Assembly: GCA_024137785.1 (NCBI GenBank)
Contig: JAHRHZ010000056.1
Location: 22,606,990 to 22,670,989, forward strand
Length of the DNA stretch: 64,000 bases
From: Ginglymostoma cirratum
Taxonomy: Eukaryota
Reading direction: 5' to 3'
Numbering within the stretch: position 1 is the stretch's first letter; every line of letters begins with the position of its first letter. Below, in pieces: positions 1-13,148 of this stretch. The notes beneath the pieces are model-generated. The model saw only the letters and a list, made by a program, of their open reading frames with translations. It ran no database searches and was not told the DNA's origin. Both the position numbers and the translations under genes were made by a program.

Positions 1-15
1 TCCTCCAGCTCCACA

Positions 16-64
16 GTCAGCCTGGCAAATAGGCCGTCCAGCCAACTGAGCTAACTGACTGTCC
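16..64 (-). mobile_element. tRNA-derived SINE head, interrupted at the window edge by a Penelope-type repeat end (1-15)
   Basis: Minus strand gtcagtTAGCTCAGTTGGctggacggcctattt (Pol III A-box), similar to the element at about 13003; then tgtggagctggagga, the shared Penelope-repeat terminus. Confidence 0.5.
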
Positions 65-828
65 GGGTAGGGGAAGTTAACCATTAGTTCCACCTCACAC
101 CCAGTCAACGTATTTTCATTGAATATGGAGACTGGTTTATTGTGAAACTACAAATAGGGGAAATTGCATTTTTCTGCACATCCTCCCTGATAGACTGAGA
201 TGCAATGTTCTCCATAACCACTGACCTATTTTTATCGAGCTCAACAACCAGATCTCCGGAAACAAAACAGAAATTTGCATTCTTTGAACTAAAGAAGTAA
301 ATGAAACCTGATGCATATTTCCTGGTGGTGCCTAGGGCCGCTAGTCCTCTGCTCGGTCTCCCGGAAATGTTGTGGATAATATGAATACATTTTACGTCCG
401 TTCGTTATAAAGGAGACATTTCTCCTAAAACCTCTTTCTCCCTTGCTGCTAGTTCACACCTGCAGAGTCTGGCAGATAGCAATTTGGTTCAGTGTGCATG
501 AATTCTTAAAATACTTAGTTCATTTAAAGGAGAGAAACGACACTCTTGCTGTAGGATAGTGACTGAAATTCTACGCAGCTATCCGTCCTGTTTTATTTCC
601 TTCCACGTGTTAATATCCAGTCTTTCAGAGGCTCTGCGTTAAATGCCATACAAGGACGACATCTCCTGATCAATTCGGGAATAACAATTGAAACAACTTC
701 ACTGTTATGGATGCACACAATTCTGTGTGCACAGAGCCGCATTTTAAAACTCTTTTCCAGTTGGGATTGCATTACCATGAAAAAAAACTAAAAGCAAAAA
801 AAAAGGCAGGGTCGTTAAAATACATCTA

Positions 829-915
829 TTTCGAGTCTGGACCCTTCTTCAGAAAATCTTTTCTTTCTTGATTCTCTGATGCTGCTCGGCCTGCTGCGTT
901 CATCCAGCTCCGCAA
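829..915. mobile_element. Penelope-derived foldback fragment with a damaged hammerhead core on the minus strand
   Basis: Reverse complement CTGAAGA agggtccagactc GAAA tagat; then tctgatgctgctcggcctgctgcgttcatccagctcc in the opposite orientation. Confidence 0.7.
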
Positions 916-1589
916 CGTTTTATTTTAATTTTGCTTTTTTTTCTATTAAAACTAGTTTCAATTCAAGTATTTAGTTTGTTGTTTCCACTTGCTCAGAGAC
1001 ACTTATAAACTTAATGCCTAGGCCAGTTTATAAAAGTTGAATGTTCAACTTGCTCCCAGTAGTTTTTAATTTTAGCTGTTTATTAAAAAATGGTCAAGCT
1101 TGACTATAGTCAACATCAGTCTCTCACCAGCCTCAATACCCAACATTCTTACCAGCTATTCATTGCAATCTAGTGATAGATTGCTGGTGTGGAACTATTG
1201 CCACTTTGCCTACCCTATGGTGCACTACAGGCAGAAAGAGCTCTGCTTTAAACTTGCATCGAGATAGTCAAGTAAGACGTACTAACGCCCTCTTATGTAC
1301 TGGGTCTGAAAATTCTTTGACCCAACCAAAATCCCAGAATGGCTATTTCACTTAAATAATGGTAGCGAGGCCGCAAGTTACTAGGGGGAAAGACTTCACT
1401 TACCTGTCTGAATGATTGAAAATGCTGGTGGTCAGAGCTTTATCTGATCAAGACCTAGGGACTGGACTTTGGCCTGAAGTTTTGCAGTCACTCTCTGGCA
1501 TCAAGCATTCTTTTAAAAAAAATGGTGAGGCCTGGTCGAGACCACAGCCACAGCTTGGATATTGGTGGGCTCCATTGAAACGTACGAAA

Positions 1590-1890
1590 TAGGAACAGAA
1601 TTTGACCCTGCCGCACCGTTCAATATGATCACAGCTGATCATTACTCAGTCCCCTGGTGCCCGCTTTCTCCTTTCTGAATCCTTTTTGAAAACATTCGAT
1701 GTTTTGGCCTCACTACATTTTGTGGTAGCAAAGTACACAGGATCACCACTTGAGGTGAAATTTCACGTTATCCCAGTGCTAAATGGCCTAGCGTGTATGC
1801 TTAGACTATGATTCCTGGTTCTGGATCCCCTGATCATTGGGAACATCCTTCTTCCATTTATCCAGTGTACTCTGGTAGAATTTTATAGAT
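1590..1890 (-). mobile_element. CR1-type LINE 3' fragment
   Basis: Resembles the reverse complement of a CR1 3' end (ccgttcaatatgatcacagctgatc...gggaacatccttc). Confidence 0.55.
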
Positions 1891-2429
1891 TTGATACTTC
1901 ACCTGCCCTCCCCCCCGCCATTCTTCTAACCTCAATTTATTATTGCCACATGTACCCCAGTACATTGAAAAGTTTTGTTTTGCTGGCAATACAGGCAGAT
2001 AATGCTGTACAAAGATCATAGGGTGAGCAGATGTCAGTTAAAGAGCATTATCATCTATGCTATCACTGTTCAGCTCACTCACTGTAGGTTAAGTAGTTCT
2101 TGACCAGTCAAAATGGGTTCTGTTTGAAGTCAGCACAGTGTTCAAATAGCCCTGCTTAGTTTAGGTTTGGCTGCTGTGAAGTATTCTCATTCTTTCCCTA
2201 GCTATCACCAATTGGATGTCTCAGAAACGGGGACAGGATTTCTGTATTCAGATCCTGCGTGCATTTTGAGGGGTTGGCAGAGCATTCCAAACAGTGTGAA
2301 AATCCTGACCTAGTCTTACTGTGTACGTGGGACCACGGGTACTCTGGTAGTTGCAAAACTATCTGTTGTCGTAACCCACTAAGGTATGATGCTGGAAATT
2401 AATTTCCCTAGGTGCTATTTAGTCTTGCC

Positions 2430-2985
2430 CCTCAGCAGGGCCCAAATAAGTCATTTCTTGTTTTGACATATTCAATCTTAGCTGGATTTATGACCAAATT
2501 ATCTGTAGTCATACAACCCAATCAAGTGATGTAAATATTCTTCCCAGGTTTGGCTAAAAACAACCAAATTGTTGATGTAAACACAGTTACACAGTGCTTC
2601 AATGATTTTTACAAAGGAAGTGTTGCAACATTGCCAGTGTATTTTTAATTCTGAACAGTCTAACATTGCATTGATAAAAATCCATTTCATGTCACTTGAG
2701 CCAAAATTCCTCTTAGCAAGTTGATTCTTTGTTATAAATTGTACATATCTAATGCATTCAATGCAGTCTTCCATTCTTGGAAAAAGATGCAAGGCCACGT
2801 TTGTTACCATGTTGATTTTGTGATAATACAGAATCTGTGACACCAATCCAGGTTTTCACCATCATAATAGATAGTTAAAGAAACTAGAACTCAGTTCAAT
2901 GTCATTATCCCTCTTGAAATTAATCCTTTTTCTCACCTGGGCAATTCTTTATGGATTGAGTCCTTAAGGTTGTTGTCTTATGGGT
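2430..2985 (-). mobile_element. Decayed Ty3/Gypsy LTR-retrotransposon pol (RT) fragment
   Basis: ORF 2499..2846: YHKINMVT...FPRMEDCIE...FITK and CVYINNLVVFSQTWEEYLHHL correspond to the Gypsy RT motifs DYRKVNAVT..YPIPRIEDC..FITKLDL and VYIDDLVVFS.TWEEHL; followed by LVINPAKIEY and preceded by RQQP*GLNP. Confidence 0.8.
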
Positions 2986-2999
2986 AACACATCCTTCAT

Positions 3000-5720
3000 A
3001 TTTGAACATCATGAAGAGCCAAAACCATGTTACCTGGCCTATTCCCACAAATTGTTTTATGATTCTGGAATAGTCTTCGTGAGTAACTTTATAGTATCAT
3101 GTTTTTCCTTCCAGAAAATTACCAAACACTTTGAGCACCCCACCCAGCATTGCTGGAAGGTTAATTTTCGAATTTCAAATTCTAATTACTCCGTCTCCAT
3201 TTGAAGCTTTCTTAACACAATATTCTTTTCCATTATAGATAACAAGGTGTGGAGCTGGATGAACACATCAGGCCAAGCAGCATCATAGCACAGGAAAGCT
3301 TGACGTTTCGGGCCTAGACCCTTCATCAGAAAATTTTCCTTTTCCTTTTCCATTTCTCTGCTTTGCTTTCTCCTCAAATTTCTCTTACTGTTTTTCTTCA
3401 AAACACTGGTATTTGCATTTCTCAGTGCACATCTTAACAAATACCAGTTTTGTCATCCCAATTTCACATTTCCTTTTTCCAGTTTTAAATGTTGGATAAT
3501 CACTCAAAGCATCTTGTTATTACACAATCCTTCTTTTATTTCTACCTTCAATCTATCTGCTAAAATTCTTGGATTAGCTTTAATCAAATATTAAGTCATC
3601 CACTGTTATATTATTCATTTCCAGAAAGTACTTAACAACAACAAATGGGAGAGGGGTTACAACAGGAGCAACAGAACAGCTTACAAACTAATACCCCAAG
3701 GCCCATTTTACAGGCATGAACCTTGGACACTCCAAAGTTTGTAAGCAGACCAGAGATTCCAGTGTGCGGGATAAAAGAAAGACCCAGGTTGGAAGATTTT
3801 TATTTGTTTACATACCTGTTTAGTCAGCCTAAGACAGATTCACTCTGGAGTTGTTTGAATCAACATGAAGTTATCCTGCATAATTGTCCTGTGGGCTACG
3901 TAGAAATAGATCACTTACAACTATGACATAGTTGTCAGGATGACAATACCAGATCCTCAAGTTGACCCTACAAAAGGGTGATTACATTTTATATACCATT
4001 CACAGTTACAGCAGTAAACCACATTAAGAATCGTCCATCAAGTATCGAAAGAACCTGAAGGGAGAATGAGATCAGAGGTGTGACATAACCAGGCAGAATG
4101 TAAGACAAATCTGTGTTTAGCTGGGCGTAATCTGCAAAAATGTTCTTTTATCAGCAGCGCATGTCTCCTATTAAAATCAGGAGAGCCAAAACCATTTTTC
4201 CTGGCCTATTCCCAAAACTAATTTATAATTTCGTAATGGTCTTCATAAGTCACTTCACAGCATCATGTTTTACTTTGAAGAAACCTAAAACACGTGAAGC
4301 ACCACCGTTGCTGAATGTCTATGAGATTTTTTGAATAAATGCAAAATTAACCTGCGTCTTTATGGTCTGCACAGGAGTTTAACCACAGCAATAGCCCAGC
4401 CCAGATGAATACATTCATTTGCTACACAATTAGTGTGCTGCTATCTGTGAAGACATAGTAGTGAAGTCAAGCAGATTAGATCAGACCACTTGATAGTTAA
4501 AATGTTGATGTGCTGCTGTGAAGCGGTATGATCTTGGGATGGTGGTATAAGAATACAGGAATGATTGTTAGTTACTTCAGATGTAACCAAGGTGCATGAT
4601 GATAATGCACTGAAGAACAGGTTTCAGATACATATCTTGAAAAAGCATTTACTGTGGCTTGAAGAACAAGAAAACAGAGTTTCAATGATCAAGATACTGA
4701 CATAATCAATAAAGAGAACCTGACTCAAAAGATTAGACTAAGGAGGGGGGGGGGGGGAAATGCTTAAGAAATAAATCAACAAGATAAACATATTGGAGAA
4801 TCTTTTTAAGTCCATGCCTAATTTATTGCTGTAATTGTAAGTATCTTAACCATGTGTGAGCCAGCGTCCCCAGAGATTGTCAGGATAGCTTCGATGTGAA
4901 AACAGGGAGACAGATGTGGGGAGTAAAGAGGTGCAATAGCTTGAGAATGTGCCTAGTTTTAATCATCAGTCAAACCTCCCTGTTGAGAATTTTTGCTTCA
5001 TGTTTAGTAGCTGCCTCAAGCTTAAATACCAACAGTTCTAAGAGTTTTAGTATGTTATCTGTGATATATAATGAAGAACTTAAATAACCAAACTTGCGTG
5101 TTTGAGAAAACAGTGTGATAGACCAAGGCCCAATAATAGATGGCCTGACTCTTCATAACCCCAAAATATATACCTGACCAGTATCAATAGATGGTGGTGT
5201 CTAAAGAAAAAAAGAACAGTTTCACCGAAATTGGTGTAAAAAAAGGGGTAAACTGTAGTGGGAATTAAACAGTTTATAAAACAGGAATAAGTCAACACCT
5301 TACAAGCTAATACCACAAGAGCCATTTTAGTAGCATGAACCTTGAACAGCCAAAGGATCCACTGTCAGCAGAAATGACTGGACAGGAACTTTATTCTGCC
5401 TTCAGCAGACCACATAAAAACAGGTGCATGTAGACAGGATAAGAGGAAGACCTAGGATGGATGATTTCTGTTAATGGTACAAAAATGAAATATAAACAAT
5501 GTATGCATTACATGATTATAGGGTATAAAAGGTAGATGGTTTACAGTATGCATCAGACAGAGATGAGACAGGTCCAGGCACACCCAGATAGTTATGTTCA
5601 GCCAACATAAGACATACTTTGTCTCTGAAGTTGTTTGAATAAACACAAAAGGTACCCTGCATAATATAGGCCTCCTATGACCAGTACAAAAATGGATTAA
5701 TCACAACACAAAGCCATCTT
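3000..5720 (-). mobile_element. Probable Gypsy gag/leader remnants, partly duplicated
   Basis: Minus-strand peptides FLEMNNITVDDL / ILADRLKVE and charged coiled-coil-like REMEKEKE..MEKNIVLRKLQME..LEFEIRKL lie upstream of and collinear with the pol fragment; blocks 3016-3180/4181-4345 and 3660-3930/5280-5710 are mutually similar. Confidence 0.45.
3237..3333 (-). mobile_element. Penelope-derived terminal repeat with an intact minimal hammerhead core (3302-3329)
   Basis: Reverse complement tttt CTGATGA agggtctaggccc GAAACGTC aag, followed by the family tail ending ccacaccttgttatct. Confidence 0.8.
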
Positions 5721-7812
5721 CAAATTCCATACAATAAACTTCAATGCAACTAGTTTTAATGCCCAGAACCAACACATACCCAACACTTTAAAACACAGAT
5801 CTCTCCCATATCCAATGAATTCAAATCCTGGATGAGCCCAACTCAGCTTATGTTATTACTGGACAAGTAAAATTCATGGCTAGTTAAATATTTTAAAAAC
5901 TATCAAGATTGTCTTTCATTTAAAGAAGCACACCAATGCTGTACATTTGGTTTTAATTAAAACAGAAGTTTATTACGCAAAAGATAAAATAGAATAAACC
6001 ACATAACACAATTTGTAAGATTTTAAAATACAGGAAAATTACAATCCAATCTATCCCACCATCATTTTATACCATTACTTTACAGAGCTCAAGCCCAGAG
6101 AGAGTTCATTTCTATATCACATCTATAGGGTTGACTTAACTGTTTATTCCAATTCCTGAAATTGATTAGTCTTTCATGATTAGTCACACAACCGAGCTTA
6201 AACTTTCTCAAATTAAAACCATGAAGGTGTTATTCTAACCAAACACTTCTGGTCTGGAACTTCCAAACTAAAATTCTAACACTGCAGTAACCTATTACCT
6301 GACATTTTTAAACTAACTCCTTTATCTTAGAGAAACTGTTTCAAAACATCAAAAAATTCAACTAGCATATCTGAACTGACAAAAACACTCAAAGTTGTGG
6401 GTGTTCCCTCCACCCACCAAGTTAAAAAAACTGATCTTTCTCAACAGAAGCAAACTAATGCTCCTCAACGCTTACCCTCTCCAGTTAAACTCTCCCAATG
6501 CAAATTCACAGGGATTCCCTCATACTTATTAAAATAAATCATTGCTCCAGAAATATTGATAAGTTAATCATTAAAACCCTTGCTGCACAGTCCAAAACCC
6601 ACATCATTAGTTCACAATCCAAACTCTAAAAATAAATATCACTATATAATTCTCACCTTACAAAAGAGAAACATTTCTAATTTTTTGCTCAGCCTGACAT
6701 TACCTCTTAAAGCAACATATGTAGAAGTTGAGGAAAAAAGTAAAATGCAAGTTACATTTTCAGTTCCTAAAAGCTAAAAAGAAATTTAACATAATTCCAA
6801 ACAAACAATTGGTAAGATGATGGCTAAATGTACAGTTTTTCTGAAGCTTGTGGAACATGATACAACCTGGCTTACATATGACATACAAGCTTTCTGGTAA
6901 GCATTGTCATGTTAAAAGTTTGTACAAGGATGGAGAGAGGTTCATGAAGTTATGAGGGGCCACAATGCAAGACAGCATCATAACTTAGTTGTAATACATT
7001 TGATAAGCACCATGCCAAGTATGTCCAATTAACTTGAGGAATGTCACAGACAGAATAATTCTATTTCCCACTTTATAACAAGATGGGGAACGTCACTTAC
7101 AGGCTTGATATCTTCTGGCCCCACTTCCCACTTCAGGTGAAACAAACAGTTCTGTGGCATTAACTCAGAAATTTAAATCCCTAATTTGACAGCTTAGCTG
7201 TAACACAAGTCTTCCCATGCTGTGATTCATGGGCCCCAGTGAGGTTGGCAGCAAAAATCTGATGCAAAACAATACTGTTTGAGGTCCAAGTGCCAACAGC
7301 TGTAGCGTCTTTTTAAATGGTGTACTTTTACATTAAAAGGTATTTAACAGCCCATACTTGTAGGTCTTGAATTCTGTCCAAAGTAAACTATTAAACACTG
7401 TCCCTAAAGACCAAAGTGGGCACTCTTAAAGACCCCGAAGATTTTAACAGCCTTCTTCCTGCCCCTAACATCTTCCCATAATACACACCATTTTCTATTT
7501 CTCCACACCGCTACCCCCCCTCCAAAAAAAATCTTTTCTCTACAATCTCGTCCACCTATTGATCGTCCACCACTAATTGATCTTGAGTCTTGGCAACTCA
7601 GCACCTAAGTGGGGTTACAATGAGAAAAGGTCTAGGAAGCACAGCTCTAACACATTCCTGAAAGAAGGGGAATAAAATATTTAAGTAGATTCCATTTGTT
7701 CAAACAAATCCAAAGAATGCTTTTAGGATGCAAGAAGTTTATTTCATCTAACATGCAAGCCTCTCACACATGCTCACTGGTCATGTGAATGTTGACTGAG
7801 GTACCCGATATA

Positions 7813-7817
<5 letters not shown>

Positions 7818-7849
<32 letters not shown>
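7818..7849. repeat. (CA)16 microsatellite preceded by GCGCG
   Basis: Directly visible. Confidence 0.95.
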
Positions 7850-7852
<3 letters not shown>

Positions 7853-8353
7853 CTGAGGGCTGCTTAACAGCACTAGGAACTAATGTCTTCCAATAATAGC
7901 AGTGGAGGATTCTAAAATTTGCCTATAATAAAATCACATGATGGCAGCAAGGGCCTATGAAAATATAGTCAAACAATGACGCACCTGGGACCACAGTTTT
8001 AAACATATCAGACCTCGAGGACTGAAGATAAAATGGGCATTGTAAAATATGGTAGCATGGGAGAGAATAAGGAAACTGCTTTCTGGTCATAACAAAAACG
8101 TGCAACTCAGAACAACAGTGAAAGGAGATCATCTGCCATCAGTAGGAATTTGGAGAAACAATGATTCCTATTTATACATGAAAGCTGAAGGAATAAAAGA
8201 ACGATCTTACAGAAGATATATTTCATTGAATGTATAAGCCTGGATATGAGCATTTCCAGCACAAAGCTTAAAAATTTCACTGTCCCGTGTGAGTGGAGTA
8301 AAATCCCCGACACTATGAACAAACACTGTACAAGCCATAAAACATTTATAGCA

Positions 8354-8359
8354 TTTAAT
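8354..8359 (-). terminator. Candidate distal polyadenylation signal ATTAAA
   Basis: tttaat on + strand, at the end of a U-rich block and followed on the minus strand by GT-rich gcttgtacagtgtttgtt; another AATAAA lies at 7738-7743. Confidence 0.35.
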
Positions 8360-11300
8360 TAAAAACTCTTAAAATTCACCAGATCAAATATTTAGTTTGT
8401 TTTTTACATCGTGGAAATATGCAAACATCATCCAATATTTCATATGGACAAAGACATGAATATATATAAAATGTATATTATAAAAACACAAGTGCAGGTA
8501 ATGGAGGAGATCCATGCACAACATCCGTACATTCTACACAGGATTAATCTAATGAAATAAAACTTCAGTTAGTCTTCACATCACCCACCCCCACCACCCC
8601 ACCCCAAAATTGAAGTGATACACCTACACAGGGCAAGTACTGTCCCAAATTATTATTAGTTATTGCGATCATCGCCACCAGCTACTCATTAAAGCAATTT
8701 CAACAACAGGATAACATTCTTGCAACAGAGTTTAATCTTGATTTGTTAAGTAACATTAATCAACAAGCAATCAACTGAATAGGATTTTTGGCAAGGTATT
8801 GGGAGTATAAAATTAACTGGGCAAAATAATTTGCGTATTAAAAAATCTCCCCCTTTGAGCTCAAAATAATTTGAGATTTTAACTTTTCATCTCTGCTAAC
8901 ATTCTCACTTTAAACAATTCCCACTTGTCATGTAGGGTTTAAATTGGATATAGGGCTGAACATTCACCAATTGAGGTACCAAAGTTTAATTCAAGTTTTC
9001 CTGGTGATTTTTCTATCTTATTCCACCAGATATTGAGGCGAGGTGCCCAAAGCAAGCAAGCTGAACACATGCTGCAAATGAAAATATAGTAGACCTAACA
9101 ATACCATCTTATAGAGGACAAAAGCCGTTTCCTTTTTATTCCCTTGTGTACCAATTTGTCTACACATTTATGAAGAACTATCCATTTGAGTTATTGCTGA
9201 TTTTGCTGACTGAGGTTAATCTTTTGGAAGTCTGAAATAATGGTCACTCAAGAGTGCTGTGAAAAGTAAGGTGATCATGATATGGTCGTCAGTTAAAGAC
9301 AGCTACTCTGAATAAAAGCATCAAAATCTGTCATCCTGCAGTGTCACTCACCATGCTCTATTCTAAACATTAACTACTCATGGCTGAAAAATAATTACAG
9401 GCTTGATGATCACGTCAGTGCAACCTTCAGTCATCTGGTGTAGCTAAGTTGTAAACTAATTGTTGCTGACACTACAATAGCAACTAAAACTTTGTAACTT
9501 TAATATAATTCCATTGCATTTAAATTTATATTCACACTGCAGTTAAAACACCATGTTCTGAGTCAATCCAGCAGCGATTAGTTAACCAATATAGGAAAGT
9601 AATTGCAATTGACTATATATTTATACATTATTTATAATTACAAACGCAAGGTCCAGCTGAAAAGGAGCAATGTGCAGGTTCTGAAAGGGATCAGCAACTA
9701 GTACACTCGATCGATAAGCAACTGCTATGCTCAAGAGACCTTAAACTCTATAATATTTAAAGATTTTATTATAAACTTGTGAATCACTTAAAAAAAAAAC
9801 CTTCCCAATTATAATTTTATTATTCGATGAAGGTGTTGTTAAAACGTGATAATGGACGTTGATACTGCATCAACCTTTCAAGTAAATCTTCAACAAAATG
9901 CTGAACTAATACATGCAGCTCCATCTTTCCAAACAACACCTCATCTGGATATGGAGTGCAGATTATATGACGTTTTAAAAAGAGAAAGAACAAAACAGCT
10001 GGATTTTCATGGAATAGGCAGAAAAGGCAAGTCAGGAAACTACCCAACCAGGCAGACTTGTCTCTTTTAAAAGCAAGTTGGCCCCAACCCCACATTTTAT
10101 TCCAAGGGAGGCTCTCCACCTCCAAAGGCAGGCTGGTGAGACCAGCAGGAACACATCTCCATTCACTGGAACATCAATCCAGTTGTAGTGATGCCAGGCC
10201 CACTGACCCTCAGCATCCCCAATTCCTTTTCCCTCTCCAACTCCCCTGTCACTCATATTTCCCCCCCCACCCCCAAGTTCACTCTCCAAGAATCCATGAT
10301 GTATAGAATGAACAAGCCCCTAGCAAGTCTTCAAAATAATCCTGAAATTGACTATTAAAAAAATTTTGAAATAAATCATCCAAAACAAAAAAAAAGGGCT
10401 GTTCATCTTACAACCTCAAAGGGTCAATCAACCACAGTCATTCAAACCATCAACGTCAAAAGCTTTTATCCATTTCAGAACTCACTTGTGTAAGTAAACA
10501 TATTGGCAGTGGAAAAGCCTTCCAAAGAAACAGCAAGTTGTCACAAGGTAATAGACATATGAATCAAGCAAGCTTTCCCCCCATGCTATTGCCATATGAA
10601 CAATGCTGGCTGAGATTCGAGAGCATTATCCATTCTTGAAACTCAGTCAAGCAATCATCTTGCAACTGTATCACCAAAAGCAGGCTAAACAGATATCTGT
10701 GATGAGGCTGAGTTCTGAAAATGGCTAATGCACTTTGATTTCAACATGTTGGCGTAGCTGTAGAGGGAACAGAAAGCTTTGTTTGATCAACTGTGTGTTT
10801 TACCATTTTATAATCTGTTCCTTTGAAGTTCTTTGTTTACACAAGATGGAGATCTTAAATGAATTAAAATATTTGACACTAATATTTTCAGCTACGATTG
10901 ATTGACACATCAATGAAAAGAGGGAATGCTGAATGGCTTTTTTACCCCCGGTTGACAACTGAGCCTGGGGTTTCCCTGCGGATCTCCTCTCAGAAACGAG
11001 ATGAGCCACAGTTATTTACAGTTTGGGCTGTGCACCCCCACAAAAGCTTGTAAAGGGCAGGAGTACTGCAAGTGGGCAGGCATCCTGGAATCAGTTCCCA
11101 ATGACATCTTTAAAGGGGTCCTCAGTCTGCATGACCTGGGAGATATCCAGCCCCAAGGCTTTCCTACTATCCCTGTCCCAAAAAAAACAAAGCAGAAAAT
11201 ATGTACACTACAGATGGCTCAATAATATTTTATTTAAAATATTCAAACATCTATGGGAAAGCCAAAATTATGTTCTTCTGCACCTTATGAGTTCCGATAG

Positions 11301-11403
11301 CCAATCCACACAGATTTCATAGATTTTTTTTCCCCAAACCTAATTTATAAATCTAAAAAAGGAAAAAAAGCACACATCACACATTGAAAAAAATGTTTTC
11401 TTC

Positions 11404-11409
11404 TTTATT
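11404..11409 (-). terminator. Candidate proximal polyadenylation signal AATAAA
   Basis: tttatt on + strand; on the minus strand it is followed by a U/GU-rich tract (tttttttcaatgtgtgatgtgtgcttttttcc). Confidence 0.6.
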
Positions 11410-12029
11410 TATGAACTCATCTGAACATCAGATATACCTGATAATTGGTGGTTAGCGAGAACCGTTTGTACATTTGATATTGATGGCAAGAACCAAAACA
11501 GCGACGGCATGTGTAGGAAACTGTTGGAAAACAAGTCAGGTCAAAAGCAGTGTGATGTCAGCCAGGTCCAGAGACAGCATGGGTCAACGGTCAACCAAAA
11601 ACCTCTGGATATAACAAAGCGAGAGTTTGGTTAAACCCTCAATAGAATGAAGAGCAGGACAAAATATGACAAAAGGATTTTAAAAAATGTCATACCATCC
11701 CCTGATAACCTGCTGGATAAAGGCTACATCAAACTGGAACAAACTTGTTCTGAACAGAATGAGTTTGACGAGGGATTTAAAAACTTTCAGACTGAAAGTA
11801 GGACACACTGAAAAAATCCTAGCATTTCTCCAAGCTCTGCTCTCTTCTGTCACACAGTCCAACTCTCTGGAACACAGATTCTCTCTATAGAAAGAAAAAC
11901 AAGAGCTAAATAAGCATCAACAGAATGGAATAAGAGCCAGCCTGAAAGTTAAACTGATTACTGTACCAACTTGAAATCTATCTGAACATAGAACAGCTTT
12001 CAAACAGAAAGACAAATTATCTTCATCAC

Positions 12030-12660
12030 CACGTAAAAATGGTAAACGTTGCTACAATACAGAAGGAGGCTGACATTTGTTGTGTTAGGCATATGAACTA
12101 CAAAAATGTCTGACAACCTGCTGTGTAAATATGGGCACTGTTTTTTTTTGAAAACATGGTTATCCTTTTGCAACCCCAAAAACGCACTTCTTGGAAGGGA
12201 CAAGGTGTAATTTACCGAATAATACCTGGGATTAGAGAGGGTTAAATTATAAAATATCACAAGCTTTGCTTGCATCCTTTTGAATTTATAAGTCTGAGGC
12301 TCGGTAAGAATTGATAAAGAACTCAATGGAGTAGATATAGAAACTACTTCTGCATGCAGAGTAATTCTGAACAGGACTATACAACCTTAAAACTTGAGTT
12401 GGGCTGTTTCGGAGTCAGAATATAATCGTAGAATCCCTACATTGCAGAAAGAGGCCATTCATTTCTCAAACAAAAGGTAGTAGAAATCTGGCATTTGCAC
12501 CCTTCAAATGATTGCAGATTTTGAATCAATTGAAATTTTCAAGTTTGGGATTGACAGATTTGCAGACTTTGAAAATAACAAATTAGGGGAATGCTGAGAC
12601 ATATCAGCTTTGATCTCACAATGGCAGAAAGAGCTCAACAGGTTATTTGTCTCAATTCAG
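12030..12660 (+). mobile_element. Decayed CR1 LINE 3' fragment
   Basis: aggtgtaatttaccgaataatacctggga...ttctcaaacaaaaggtagtagaaatctgg, matching the CR1 ORF2 C-terminal motifs (RFTRMIPG, FFTQRVV..WN). Confidence 0.55.
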
Positions 12661-13002
12661 TTTTCACCAACACCTGAATTCGACTGAATGAAAATACTCA
12701 CTTGGAATGGAAACACTGACATGGCTGCTCTATGTTTAGTTTGACCTACAGACCTAATTTCAATGCCTTCGTCAATTATCCATGCTACTGAAAGCAGAAG
12801 ATCTCAAAGCATACTAAATTCTGTCATTACTCTTCCTTTCAAAGTATAACAATTAATTTTCACTGATTAAATATTCTACTGAAAAATAACCTGATGCTGG
12901 ATATGGAAAACATGTGAAGTCCAAAGCTATTCACAATCTTTGGAAAATGATTTGAATGTGACTAATTGAGATATTTCCAAATTTGCTGATTGATTATACA
13001 CT

Positions 13003-13145
13003 GGGTCAGTTAGCTGGATAGCCTATTTACGATGCAGCCTCATACTGAGAGCATGGGTTCAATTCCTGCATCAGCTGACATTACTGTGAAGAACTCTCCT
13101 TCTCAACATCTCAGGGTGACCCTCAGGTTAAACCAACAGTCACCA
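13003..13145 (+). mobile_element. tRNA-derived SINE
   Basis: ggtcagttagctgg head and B-box GGTTCAATTCC at about 13056. Confidence 0.55.
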
Positions 13146-13148
13146 TCT

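Larger units (their letters stand above)
8340..11884 (-). other. PSMD11: Probable non-coding terminal exon (3' UTR) of PSMD11; distal end uncertain
   Basis: Acceptor gtttttctttctatAG at 11885-11900. The following sequence (aaatgctagga...ctactttcagtctgaaagtttttaaatcc) resembles the mammalian PSMD11 3' UTR as I recall it. No recognisable TE fragments between about 8.3 and 11.9 kb. Confidence 0.7.

Noticed and set aside
1-700. Possible promoter or gene downstream of PSMD11 (CDK5R1 is the neighbour in human)
   Set aside because: No CDK5R1-like coding sequence or clear CpG island is visible; the first 64 bp are repeat-derived.
7547-7582. Short tandem motif tcgtccacc...attgatc x2, superficially array-like
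   Set aside because: Only two imperfect units with no spacers; no CRISPR or prokaryotic features anywhere in the window.
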